A DNA stretch of 64,000 nt from Tubulanus polymorphus (lineage: Eukaryota; Animalia; Nemertea), in the NCBI RefSeq assembly GCF_964204645.1, contig NC_134027.1, positions 7,596,485 through 7,660,484 of the forward strand, read 5' to 3'. The notes under the pieces were generated by a model that did not search any database, was not told the DNA's origin, and saw only the letters and a program-made list of their open reading frames with translations. Of this stretch, positions 50,320 through 62,559 are shown piece after piece. How positions within the stretch are numbered: position 1 is the first letter of the stretch; each line of letters begins with the position of its first letter. The position numbers and the translations under genes are program-made.

Positions 50320-53300
50320 ACTATTTACACGTGGAAAACGACCAAAAAAATGTTAAAAATTGACAAAATGATCTTCAACCTTGTAATATAGTTATTTCCT
50401 AAATCTTGATGTATTAAATTAGGCAGCCAACTAAATTAACCCCAATCAGTCGCTTGCCGGTTCAGACTGCTTGGATGATTGTTTGAATGAACCGGAACCG
50501 AAAATTTCAAATTATGTACTTCGATTTAAACAAAAAATTCTGTAAACTCGACCGCCGATCACACAACTATATTTGTACTTCGATTTCCGATTTCAAAATC
50601 AAACCCCCTGTTTCGCTCCCGGCAGGTGTGGTGGGTTTGTAAGGGACACCAAATCAAAAAATCAAACGAAATTTACCAATCAAATAAATCACAGGGTCAA
50701 TCCCTATTTTAAGATAAAAAAAAAAAGGTAACTTGATTTACATTGAAATTATTATGATCAATGCTATATAAAGAATTGTGTGAATATTTTCTATTGATCA
50801 TTTTAGCTAAATCATATCTAAAAGGAAATGTTCAGCCTACTGATCAGAACCGCCAACACAACTTGAATTGAACTCATCAATTCTAGCCGTTAATGAACTC
50901 AGCAATCTTGAAAGGTAGGTTGATTTACATGGAAATTATTATGGTCAATGCTATATAAAGAGTTGTGTGAATACAGGATATTTTCTTTTTTTACTCGTTT
51001 CAGCTAAAAAATCACATCCATAAAAAAAAAGCTCAGCCTAAGATTAACGAGTCAAAAATGTTTTGAGTAGAATAGCGAACAGACGATTCCAACTTGAATT
51101 GAAATCATCAACTACCACAGAAGTCCAACTTGAATTGAAATCATCAACTACCACAACAAATTTAACTCATGACAATCCTAGCCGATACTAAACTCAGCAT
51201 TGAAAGGTAGGTTGATTGACATTGAAAGTATTATGATTAATAAAGAATTGTGTGATTACCGGATATATTTTTTTTTCACTCGTTTCAGCCGAAAATTCAC
51301 ATCTATAAGAAAAAAGCTCATACTAAGATCAACTAACCAACTAGAATCTACCGATTAGAACAGTCAACAGAACGAGTCCAACTCGAATTGAACTCATACA
51401 CCAAACGAGAACTCCTAGCCGATACTAAACCCAGTTATCTTGAAAGGTAAGTTGATTTACATGGACATTTATTATAATCAATGCTACATGAAGATTTGTG
51501 TATTTTGTAAGATATTGTGATAATTGGATATCTTCTTTTACTCATTTTAGCCATAAAATCACATCTATGAGAAATAGCTCATACTAAGATCAACTAACCA
51601 TCTAGAATCAAATGATTAAAGTAGCCAACAGAAGATTCCAATTTGAATTGAACCACATAGGCCTAGTAGTCCAGATAAGAAATTCAGCCAGCAGTGGTTT
51701 ATTGCCCAATGATGGATTTCTTCTACAGTAGGTGGAGCACAGACAATTCGTGTCTTATAAACACTTATTCAGGAGCAGCAGAGACAATGCGTATCTTACA
51801 AACACTTATTCAGGAGCAGCACAGACAATGCGTGTCATATAAACTATTATTCAGGAGCAGCAGAGACAATGCGCAAACACTTATTCAGGAGCAGCACATG
51901 CATATCTTATATACACTTACTCAGGAGCTGCACAGACAATGCGTATCTTATAAACACTTATTCAGGAGCAGCGTCAGTATAATATGTAAAGTATTGATTT
52001 ATTTTGAGCATTAGCTTTTTACAAACCAGTTTGATGAGTAACATGGGTTCCAAAATGCGTCTTAAAATTCACTGTCTATTTGAAGTGGCGGAAATAAAGA
52101 AATAGTTTTAATGTTGATTAATGAAAATTGAAGTTAGTTAATTAGGGCTCTGGGCCTGAGAAGGAACTATTCATATATTGATTAGGCAAAATGTTTTCGG
52201 TTTGTAAACAGATGTGTCATGTCCTTTGTAATTTGACAGAAAGTTCCTTCTGGGAGTCTCATAAAATCTACGCTCCATTAATTCATAGTGTTGATAGCTT
52301 TCAGCGTCTCGACTCATAGATCAGTTGAAATACACTTAAACTGAGATATAGAATCAATGGAATAGTTCAGATAATCTTCATACTTAGCTAAACATAGCTT
52401 TTCATGATTTGTAATAATGACATAGTCCATTGGTCTCTATTCGATTAATCTTAGAAATAGTGATTCATTTTATATTTCCTGAGAGTGAAAATAATTTAAT
52501 GATTTGCATAGCCTAAATGTTCAAAAGGGAGAGCGTAGTCAGTTAAACAGTTGCAACTTTTAAACGCAATAAAGGAAGTTGGTACGAAATTACTTAGGAC
52601 TCCTAAACTCACCCAGCAAGTTAATGGGTTTTGAATGAAGATGTTTTGAAAATGATTCCTTGGCCAAAAAATGAAGGGCCGGGCCGCGCCTTCAGTACAA
52701 ACTGGCTATGCCCCCGAATATCATCACGTATAGTTAAGGAAACCATATAATATTAGGCAGTGTTCTGTGTACAAATAATAAGTTTTGATTTATTTTTTGA
52801 TGCCATAATTTTAAGGCCTGTTAAAGCAATTTGACTACTGAGTAGAATATCTTGATTTTCACATAGAGTTTAGAATTGTGCTTCCATGTAGGTGATCCTA
52901 GCTAGTTATATGAAACTTATATCGTAGTACATTGTATCCACAGAGGTATGAGAGGTAATACTAGGAATAATGTAATATAAAGGAATAAATAATAATGGCC
53001 AGCAATAATTTTGATCGTTTTAATTTTGTTTATAGCTGTTTTAACTTCTTTCATCGTCATTCATATCATTAGGTTGAGTGGCTTTCATACTAATGATCAC
53101 TTAACTTCAAATCGGGGTGTTCAATAAGGAAACTATTATTAAGGTGCAGCAGTGAATTTGTAGCACTTTTTTAAGTGAGCCCATAATCTCACCGGTAAAA
53201 AATTCCTGACGTAAATAGTAATAAATAGTACAAAATACAGAGAACATAATTTAAAAAAAATAAACAAAACTACATAACAAAATAAATAATATAAAAAAAA

Positions 53301-56100
53301 CAAATAAAACTATAAGTAATAAAAAAATAAACAAAACCAACAAACAATAAGTTAATATAGGGCTCCGTCATCAAGAATTTTTTCCTATCAACTTAATCTA
53401 ATTATAAAAGGTTCTTCTTTCATAGAACAACCTTCTCCGTGTTTCCCAACCTCTTGAGATCTTTTCTGTTGTTGTTTTAAGTGTTCTATCGGATCAGTTA
53501 GTAATAAACAAAACAAATAACCATAAACCTTAACTAAATCAAACACACTAAAAATAACTGATTCGATAGAATGCTTCGAATAGCTGATGAAAGATCACGC
53601 GTCCTTTTACCTATATATCACACCCTATCACTGCTGTAACTGTTAATTGTTTTAGGGATAATATCTGGGAGATGCATTTTACTCTTTTTTAGAAAGAATT
53701 TTAAACAGCTATAAACATGATTAGTTATCGATAGTAAAATTATTGTCATGTTTTCCCTGAAATAACATTGAATTTTAAATGAGTGAACTGATAATGTTTG
53801 AAAATCTTTAGTTAAGACAAGGTGCAGCGAAAATTCTAGTTGTCTAGTAAAAATGATGTTAATGAAAATGAAATTTAGAACGTTAAGTTAATACTAAGCT
53901 TTCCAGGATGACTTAGTAGGATTTGTCTCTTTTGTTGAGCTGTTTTTAAAGTGCAGTTCATTTGTTTACTAGGAACTTACAAGATAATTCCTCGATTAAA
54001 TACCTGTCATTTAGCAAGGTGTAATTTTGTCATGAGAATAAAACGACACATACGTGTTCATTATTCATCTTAAAACTTTTTGATTGGTCAGTTCAGTTTA
54101 TAGCAACCATCAAACTGATGTCCTATCAAATAAAGTGGAGCAGTAGTTTTTATAAATGAGGATATATGAACAGTGTTGATTAGTAAATTGTCCTGTTTTG
54201 ATTGTCAGTTTTACAATGGCTATATATAGTATATTTGTTTTTCATAACTCATGCATACAATGTGGGACAGGTTTTATGTGCGCTAGGCCTATATGGTTAT
54301 AGAGGATCCAGTGCTAGCCAGCTGGCAGTGCTTAGAATTAGGGCACTAGACCATTTCAAATATCGAAAAAAGTTGTAGATAATTGTAGATACTTTAGCAA
54401 TCAGTGGCAAAACTCTAGTTATCTTGTAAAATAATGTTAATGAAAATAAAGATTGATTAGTTGATTAGTTAATCTCAAGCTTTCCACAGTGAATCTGTTG
54501 GTTTTATCTATGGTTTTAATGCTTTTATGTTTTTCGAATACAGTTCACCCATTTGTTAATGAAACTTACATGATAATTCCTTGAATACAAAGCAAAGTTT
54601 GCAAAATTTCAGTTTTCTTGTAAAAATAATGTTAATGAAATGAAGTCAGAGATTGACTATTTGAGAGAGTGAATTTGTTTTATGTCCAGTTTTAATGTTT
54701 ATATGTTGGAGATATGTTATGCAGTTTTTTTGTATAAACAGAATATCTTAAATCTCTTTTACATTGTCATTTGAATAGTTGATATGATTGAATGTTTCAT
54801 ATTTCATGAAATAACCAAGTGTCACTTATGCCCAGTGACTTCATGAATGTCAAATTACTAGTCTCAGACATTCAGACTAGTCCTAATTGTTGGTGTTTTA
54901 TGGATCAAGGTTTACAATTCTGTGTAATTTTGTTATTTTCCTATTGATTCAAATTGTATGAATCAGTTGCAGTGGAAATGTTTTTGGCGAATAAAACCTT
55001 GAAATACCTTCCATGATGTAGCATATGTGATATTAAAAGCTAGTAATCTTATATTTTGGATAATCTAAGTCATTAAAAGGCTAATGATAATACCTTGTTT
55101 TTCCTGATCGCCGGGTCATTTCATAAATCAATGAAATTTGTAATCTGTTAATTTCTATCTGCCGCGTCTGTTATGGTTAGCTTGATCATGATTTAAAAAA
55201 AAGTAATGTAAGGTCTAAGGTAGATAGGCGGCCGGCCAGGTAAACGATTCATTAAATCTTACGCTTTCCAGTGTATTCGGCCAGGTTTATCTCTGGTTTT
55301 AGTGCGGGGAGCCATGCACTCTCACAGTTTAGAGTCCATGGTTGTGTGCTATAGACGTTTCTCTTTTAGAGTCTATGCTTAGACCATGGACGTATAAACT
55401 CTAGTTTATATTTTATACGTCCATGGTTGGACTGTTTTTGAAATACAGTCCACGAGTGTTTGAGGAACTTAAGTTATAATTCCTCGAGCACACCTGGCAT
55501 TTCGTATAATTGTTGTATGAGAGTAAATATAATTGTTAGAAACTCTTTGTTTGTTTAGATAATTAGCTACTCTGAACTTAATTAGTTCACCAGTCAGTGG
55601 TTGTGATGCTATGTTCTGCCGATTCTTAAAATTCACTATGCTTGGATTTGCATAAACTAACACGAACTGACTCTGGCAGTAGACTCTTGGTTGCCAGAGT
55701 CAATTCACATTCGTGTATGAAAAATCCGCTAATCCACGGTACATCCTCTACTCAGCATCTGGACCACTCTGAATCAGTATCAGTAATTACTGGGTTCGAA
55801 CCCGGGACAACCCTGTACATCCTCTATTCAGCATCAGGATCACTCTGAATCAGTGTCAGTAATTACTAGGCTTCAAACCCGGGACATCCATGTACATCCT
55901 CTATTCAGCAGTAAAACATCCATGATCCCGACCTTCCGGTTATTCACCCCATAGCCCGACCCTGCCAGTCGCCCCTGACCTGCAAAAAACCCGGGACAAC
56001 CCTGTACATCCTCCATTCAGCATCAGGATCACTCTGAATCAGTGTCAGTAATTACTAGGTTTCAAACCCGGGACACCACTGTACATCCTCTATTCAGCAG
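50320..56100 (+). repeat. Diverged direct segmental duplicate of ~33.2-39.4 kb
   Basis: Collinear anchors at 33337/50477, 34520/51989, 34677/52153, 35325/53026, 35397/53456, 37490/54845 and 37800/55255, plus the palindromic MITE and 76-bp satellite at both right ends. Confidence 0.85.
51735..51972. repeat. 41-bp minisatellite (AAACACTTATTCAGGAGCAGCACAGACAATGCGTATCTTAT)
   Basis: About six units. A more degenerate paralogous array lies at ~34345-34510. Confidence 0.85.
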
Positions 56101-56407
56101 TAAATCACCCATGATCCCGAACCTTCCAGTTAATCACCCCATAGCCCGACCCTACCAGTAAATCACCCATAGCCCGACCCTGCCAGTCGCCCCTGACCTG
56201 CAAATTTTGCTCTCCTAAGCTCAGAATACGTTCATTTGATGAGTCTGGTTATGAACAAAATATGAGATGTTGTGCTTCATTGATGTATCGTTTGTTGGAT
56301 TTAGACGCTGAAATCACCACGAGCTCTTCACTTGAAGTTGAAAGGATTTTTGCCCATCCTCCCCCAGGGAGGGATTCGAACCTGATGACATCGAGATTGC
56401 CACGGTT

Positions 56408-56900
56408 CAAGTCCAAGTTCAAATTTATTTCACAGAAAGCATGACAGGCTATGTACACAGGTTGAGAGAAAACAAACAATAAAATTTACAATTTTTTTTA
56501 AACAAAGCACAATTATAAAAAGAGAGAGAGAGAACAGTAGCTTTCAGTGTGGGCCAAGCAAAGCCTTTAGGCCGCTGTCGCAAGCACCCAGGGAAAAAAA
56601 CGAAAGGGAATGAAGAAACAAAGGGGAAGGAAATGAGAGTTGATGATTTTTGATGATTTCAGGAGAGTTTAAATGAGTAAGCTAGAGGGTTTAGGAGAGT
56701 GAGCAATTATAAAAATTAGGGTTATTACATTGATGGATATCATTGTAGGCGGAGGTGAGATATGGTCTGAGTTTACGTTTTAAATTTTGTTTGCTTGTTT
56801 GTAGGATGTCATTGGAAAAAGGTAGTTTTCGCCAGATGTTTGAAAGAATGTTTTGAGGTGAATTTTGATGCGGGGTTGGCGGTGTTTGTTTTGAAAATAA
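56408..56900 (-). mobile_element. Decayed 3' end of a CR1/L2-like LINE
   Basis: Minus strand ends in GAAATAAATTTGAACTTGGACTTGAA (polyA signal plus microsatellite tail) after a pyrimidine-rich UTR. No intact ORF. Confidence 0.4.
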
Positions 56901-57440
56901 AGAATATGCGTGCTCTAATCATATACGGTATAGACTGGTTGCCTGTCCCATTCAATTGTAATTGAAGATAGAGACCGGTAACCAGTCTAAATTGAAGAAG
57001 ACACCGGTAACCAGTCTAATATAATTATACGCCACCTACCGCCGCAGTCCGGAAACCAGTCTAAGATGCTCGGTTAATCTCAAGGTCGTCGTGCAGATTT
57101 TTTACTCCTAGAAATTTTAATTTTCATAACGCAGTATATCTTTGTTTTGACGACTCAAAGCAAGATAAGAATAAAATCTACGTACAATAAATGTGTCAAT
57201 TGTGAAAAGTATGATGAATTATTGACGCCGAAATATGCCGATATATGTTTTTTACTGAAAACTTAAAGTTGCAGTCAATAAACGATTTGAATTTGTTGAT
57301 GATAGAAAAGATCACTGCAGACATAGAACTGAAGATGACATCCTTAACCGACTGAATGAATGCTGTAACAACCAACAACCAAGATTTTGGCAAAAACATT
57401 TTAGCCAATAACCAAAGTCAGTCTGTCATAAGAAAATGAA

Positions 57441-59962
57441 ATGCAGTCCTCCCGACCTCGTGACTGCGGTAAGTATTTGATTTAGAGGTCCCAAGCATAT
57501 GAAATTGCTCATATTTACTGAGCTGTTCTATACAACCTGTTAATGCCTGCAAATTATACCTTCAACCATTTTAAGCAGCAGATTTGATACCTACATAATA
57601 AGCATAGATATACTACATATTTCTATAGTACTACTTGTCTCGTTATTTATAATTATTTTCTACTCAAATGTGTACCAGTACAGCTTCTTTAAAATTGTTC
57701 TTGCAGATGCGATTCTAGAGCCACTGAATCTTAGAACCACAGCTGTGAAGACATCAGTGAATGTTAAAACTGAAGCTGATTTCTGTGAATGTTTACTATG
57801 CGATGCAGCTTACAGTGCCGATGATAAGCACAGAAATGATTTATTGAAACATTTTTTGGAAAGTCACAAACTTGTCATTGCTGAAGTTCCTATGATAGCA
57901 GATTTTGTAAGGTGAATGTTCAGTTTACTATAAAGCCAGTGTTATCTAGATGAAGATCATTGAAAAATTGATTAATTTTGCTGTAATATCTCATCTCTTT
58001 TCCATTCTAGTTACATTGCCTACTGGAAGGAACGCTTAAAGTGTACTCAATTAGAAGAAATATGTTCAGTTATAAAGTCAAACTGTGGAGCCAATGATAT
58101 AGGTTAGCCTTGACTGTCTACAGGGAAACCGAGTTTAAAAAATCTCTAGGCTGAAAATATCTTATTCGTGGACACTTCTTATTTAGGTTTGCCTGAAAAA
58201 TATTATCTTTTGGCTGATATTTTACCTGAAGATAAATCACTGAGACAGAATCTTCAGCGTAAGAAACTGGAATGTGTTTTAGAAATTCAGCAAAAGGAGC
58301 GCGAAAATGAGACATTTACTCATGGTTGTTTGTTCTGTAAAGAGCACTTCACTGGAAACAGGTGAAAATCACTTTTTTTCTGCATTGTCATTTCCAGTAC
58401 ATTTAATACCAGTATTTAGCTGACCGGCCATATGAATCCAGGGTCTGATTTTCTCTTATCAATTTCAGAGCAACTCTTTTCAACCACATGGCACTAGACC
58501 ACAATTTTAACATTGGCAAGCCTGACAACATAGGTAATAAGGTAATCTGTAAAAATTGCAGAATGTCAGAAATCAGTATGAACTTAGCTGTATTTATATT
58601 TTAGTATTTGCTGAAGAGTTTCTGGATCTGTTGCAAGAAAAACTTACCAAGTAGGAATCATATTCCTTTTCTTATTTCTTATTATGCTTATTCGTGTGCA
58701 ATTTTAAAAAAAGCAAAAACTACATGTATCTATAATCCTCTCTTCAAAATTAAAATCTGAACTAATGAATCATAATTTGTTATAGTTTGCAGTGTTTGTA
58801 CTGCGAAAAAGTCTTCAAAGACAGAGCAACGTTGAAGGAACACATGCGGAAAAAACAGCATAAAAAGATCGATCCACGAAATAAGATATACGATAAATTC
58901 TATGTCATCAACTACCTAGTAAGTAAATGAACGGGGTTTGTGTGAATATACATGTATTGATTGAGTTTTGCTCGATGTTTATCGTTTAGGAGTTGGGTAA
59001 GAATTGGGAAGTGATTCAAGCTGAAATTGATGCACCCGCTATACATTCAGATACTGATAATGAAAATGATGAGTAAGTTACTGCGAGGAAAAGGAGCGAT
59101 CCAAGCTTCTCCAACATCTATTTGTAAATGATGATCTCAAAGCTTTGATTATATAACTTCGAGTTGATCTGAATGAATTACAGGGATTGGAATGATTGGC
59201 AGGAAGAAGGTGGAAATGATGCAGTCTGCTTGTTTTGTGATGAATCGAAGACTACAGGGGTAGCACTGCTTCACCATATGAAGGTAATCAATGAATATTC
59301 CAACTCTGTAAAGGATTACCGGTACCAAATAATACAAAACGCCATACTTTTTTCTCTTTTCAGGAAATTCATTGTTTTGACATGCAGAAATTTATAAGAG
59401 AACAGAAACTATACTTCTATCAGAAATTAAAGCTAGTCAACTACATAAGACGACAGGTATGAATTTGGAAATCTTAATGAATGTAGTTTCATTCTTCGAT
59501 TATCTGCATCTTTCATCATTATGAATTCCTGGCATTGGTTGTTGCTGCATTTTCCTTCAGATTCATCAATGTCTGTGTATCTTCTGCTCTGTGAAGTTCG
59601 ACACGAAACAGAAGTTGATGACCCACATGGTCGATACAGGACATATTTCTACAATTCCAAGTCAGGAAATATGGGACTTACCTCAGTAAGTTGTACTGAA
59701 AAGGAAAAACTTCAATTGAAATTCACCTTTTCTCATCGCATTGGAAGTTCATATGTGTTAATTTGTTTATCATTTTAGATATTATTTCCCGACTTATGAG
59801 AATGATAATTTACTATATAGTTTGGAGGATAACGATGAAGATGATGATAGTGATGAGGAGGATATACAAGTACCCGAGGCTTTTATCATTGGTGAAACAA
59901 TACCCAGCGTTAATGGAATATTAATGGACAAAAATGTTAGAGATGAAATTCTTAATACATAG
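57441..59962 (+). CDS. ZNF277: Zinc finger protein 277, 12 coding exons
   Basis: Exons 57441-57468, 57707-57911, 58011-58102, 58187-58361, 58469-58533, 58605-58650, 58786-58918, 58990-59072, 59184-59283, 59364-59456, 59561-59685 and 59779-59962. Motifs HKLVIAEV, LPEDKSLR, FNIGKPDNIV, QCLYCEKVFKDRATLKEHMRKKQH, YDKFYVINYLELGKNW, KLVNYIRRQ, YYFPTYENDNLL. Confidence 0.95.
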
Positions 59963-61419
59963 CAATTCGCGTATTTTGAAAGGCTGGGTTACTATGTGAA
60001 TGATTTTTGGCGCACAGATTCCTATGATGAAATGATAAAAATTATTAAGGTGTATACAATATTATCTATTATTTGCATATTGTTGATTTTGTACGAAATT
60101 GAATAAAGCTGTTAAAATGCAATCCATGAAGATTATTGCTTGAATTTCTCGATTTGAGGAAAGAAAGAAATGATATCTCTCTTCAAGATTTACGTACTTG
60201 CAATTGCATTTAACTTGCGGGTTAAAAGGAAATTCGATAATCTTGCATATTTTGAGATATATCGACGGTTGACGAGGTTGAAATACACAAGACAGCGAAG
60301 ACTAAGCCATTAGTGACGTCCTAGCGCACTGCGTTGCTCATACGTCTCAATTTCACTAGTTTCGCCAAACCCCTTATCAGCCGCGAATCCAGGGGGTGCT
60401 GAAGCCCCTACTTGGTAAAATTTCCGTGTTGGCTAAAATGCTTATTCAAAGGCAATGATTGGGCTGGAGATGGGTACAACGTATGGGATCATCAAAAATA
60501 GTGCCCAAAACCTTCAGAATGCAGGAAACAGAGGAGACTAATTTTTCTATCGGTATTCTCAGTAGAGCACCCCCTCCTGGATCCACCCGCTTATATACCC
60601 CGGTATGATTCGTTCCCGAGATGGCAGATACCGTGTAAGGAGGAAGGAGTTTACACGAATATTCATGCAGAGCAACTGATTGCGTAACTCGATTAAAGGC
60701 GTTTATAATATATATTCAACTTCGTGTCTAATGATTTGTCTTCAATTTTCGCATCCCCTCCCTGCCAGGAAAAAATTTCTATCACTTCGAGGAATGCATG
60801 GATAATAACTATAAATTAGGCATAAGAAGAATATCTCTGGTAATAACCCAAATATTGAATAGGGAAGTTATGTGCGTTAGAAAAAATATTTTCCCAATTA
60901 TAGACAGCGTCTAACTATAAATTGTATATATATGAGATATACGGTTATTCAATGTTTAGAAATTGAATGACAGCATAAAACGTAGTTTACGCGCAAATTA
61001 CAATCATATTTCACCCGTATTTATTTTCACGCACGGCCTCCTGAATTTTCTTAATCAGTCCGCCCGCGGGGTTCCTATTAATGAAAATCGCAAATCGTTA
61101 TATCTAATAAATTGAATACACGCTCGGTTGGTCGGTTGGTATTTTGTGGGTCATTATTCCCAAATTATATTAAAGAAATCTAAGGTACAAAAAAATGTTC
61201 AATTCAAAAAGCTTTACACATATCTTGCCAAACTCTTCCGATACTTCTTCAACGAGTCCATTAAGAAAAGAGAATAACTTATTTCTATTCAGAATAATGA
61301 CTGCTCCCATACATCTTGGGAGCACAAATTGTGTTTGGAACCAAGGCAAATGTTTGCTTCGATACTTATATATAAGTATATACATTACAATAATACATAT
61401 TTTTCCTGACGCTCGAAAG

Positions 61420-62559
61420 TTATAGCATTTCGTTCAGTTTCGATCTGAGGTCATCGTTAGCTGTATGATCGATAGCCAAACGACCTTTGACCCCGCGACG
61501 AATATTACGAGGTGGTTCAATAATGCGGAATCTGACTGCCGCGTGATGTGGTGTGACGTCATCGTGGTCATATCCTTCATTGATATTTTCAGTTTTCAAT
61601 GGTTGCTCTTCTTCGATTTCCGTTTCGTGAAAAACGGGGTTCGCGTCCGCATTTTTAGAATCGGTATTATCTCCACTTCGTATCATTTTATACAAGCAGT
61701 TCGTGTCAAGTCGAGCTGCTTCAATATTTTCAATTTTTTCCGTCAGAAGTCGATTGTTCAACATCTTATTCATGAGTCGATGACGCGTCGGCAAGTGCTG
61801 ATGATCGGCTACTTCTGAGGGCGTCGACGGCTGCAAGTTTTGCGTCGAATAATCCGTGTAACTAGTACTGCGAAGTCTATCGAATAAACGACCGGTACTT
61901 TTGGGGATATCTCTAGCTGATTGAAATACAATTCTGTATTCGGGGTTTGAAGCCAGCGCTTTGATGCTTTGCTTGCGAGCGGTCACCGGTCTCTTCTTTC
62001 TTTCATTCGAATGGCTTTTTGAAGACGTTCTATTATTAACCGGGCTATTGTTCGAACGAGGCGGTGGAGCCGACGTTTTCATACGAACCGTTTTGGTTTG
62101 TCTTCCTTGACATTCGCTAAACGTATCATTATTGTCGAGCTGTGAGGGTTCATGTTTTGGTTCGGCTTCACCGAAGACCTTTGAGGGAAGGGTTGTAGTA
62201 TTAGATGGAAATAGTCGTGACATTTCAGTTTGCACGGTCCCTTCCCAAGCATTTACAGCGCCGCCAGCAAGTGAAACCCTGGAAGCGGCTGCCGTTTTCG
62301 TTGATCGAGGTCGACGCGGTTTCAGTGGTGGTGTCGTCGTCTGTTGCGCCTCTTGAGCGCGTCTGATGTAGATCTTTCTCAGCCTTTCCTCTATGACATC
62401 CGCCGCTTCTTGGATCAGTTTATCCCCGCTGTCGACTTCGTACGGATCGACGCGTTTATGAAATAACACGGCGCTAGATTTAAATGGTGATGATGGGCAG
62501 CGAATACCAACCGGCAACGGTGCCGATTGTGGTCTTTTCGAAGCTGATTTTCTTAACAT
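61420..62559 (-). CDS. Uncharacterised 379-aa S/T/R/K-rich, probably disordered protein (single ORF)
   Basis: Long ATG-initiated ORF with higher GC than its flanks. Repeated RP(Q/R/V)(S/T) motifs. No recognisable domain. Confidence 0.65.
   Translation of the reverse strand: MLRKSASKRPQSAPLPVGIRCPSSPFKSSAVLFHKRVDPYEVDSGDKLIQEAADVIEERLRKIYIRRAQEAQQTTTPPLKPRRPRSTKTAAASRVSLAGGAVNAWEGTVQTEMSRLFPSNTTTLPSKVFGEAEPKHEPSQLDNNDTFSECQGRQTKTVRMKTSAPPPRSNNSPVNNRTSSKSHSNERKKRPVTARKQSIKALASNPEYRIVFQSARDIPKSTGRLFDRLRSTSYTDYSTQNLQPSTPSEVADHQHLPTRHRLMNKMLNNRLLTEKIENIEAARLDTNCLYKMIRSGDNTDSKNADANPVFHETEIEEEQPLKTENINEGYDHDDVTPHHAAVRFRIIEPPRNIRRGVKGRLAIDHTANDDLRSKLNEML

Noticed and set aside
56355-56410. tRNA gene on the minus strand (CAGGTTCGAATCCCTCC)
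   Set aside because: Only a B box/T arm, with no D arm or acceptor stem; likely a SINE remnant.
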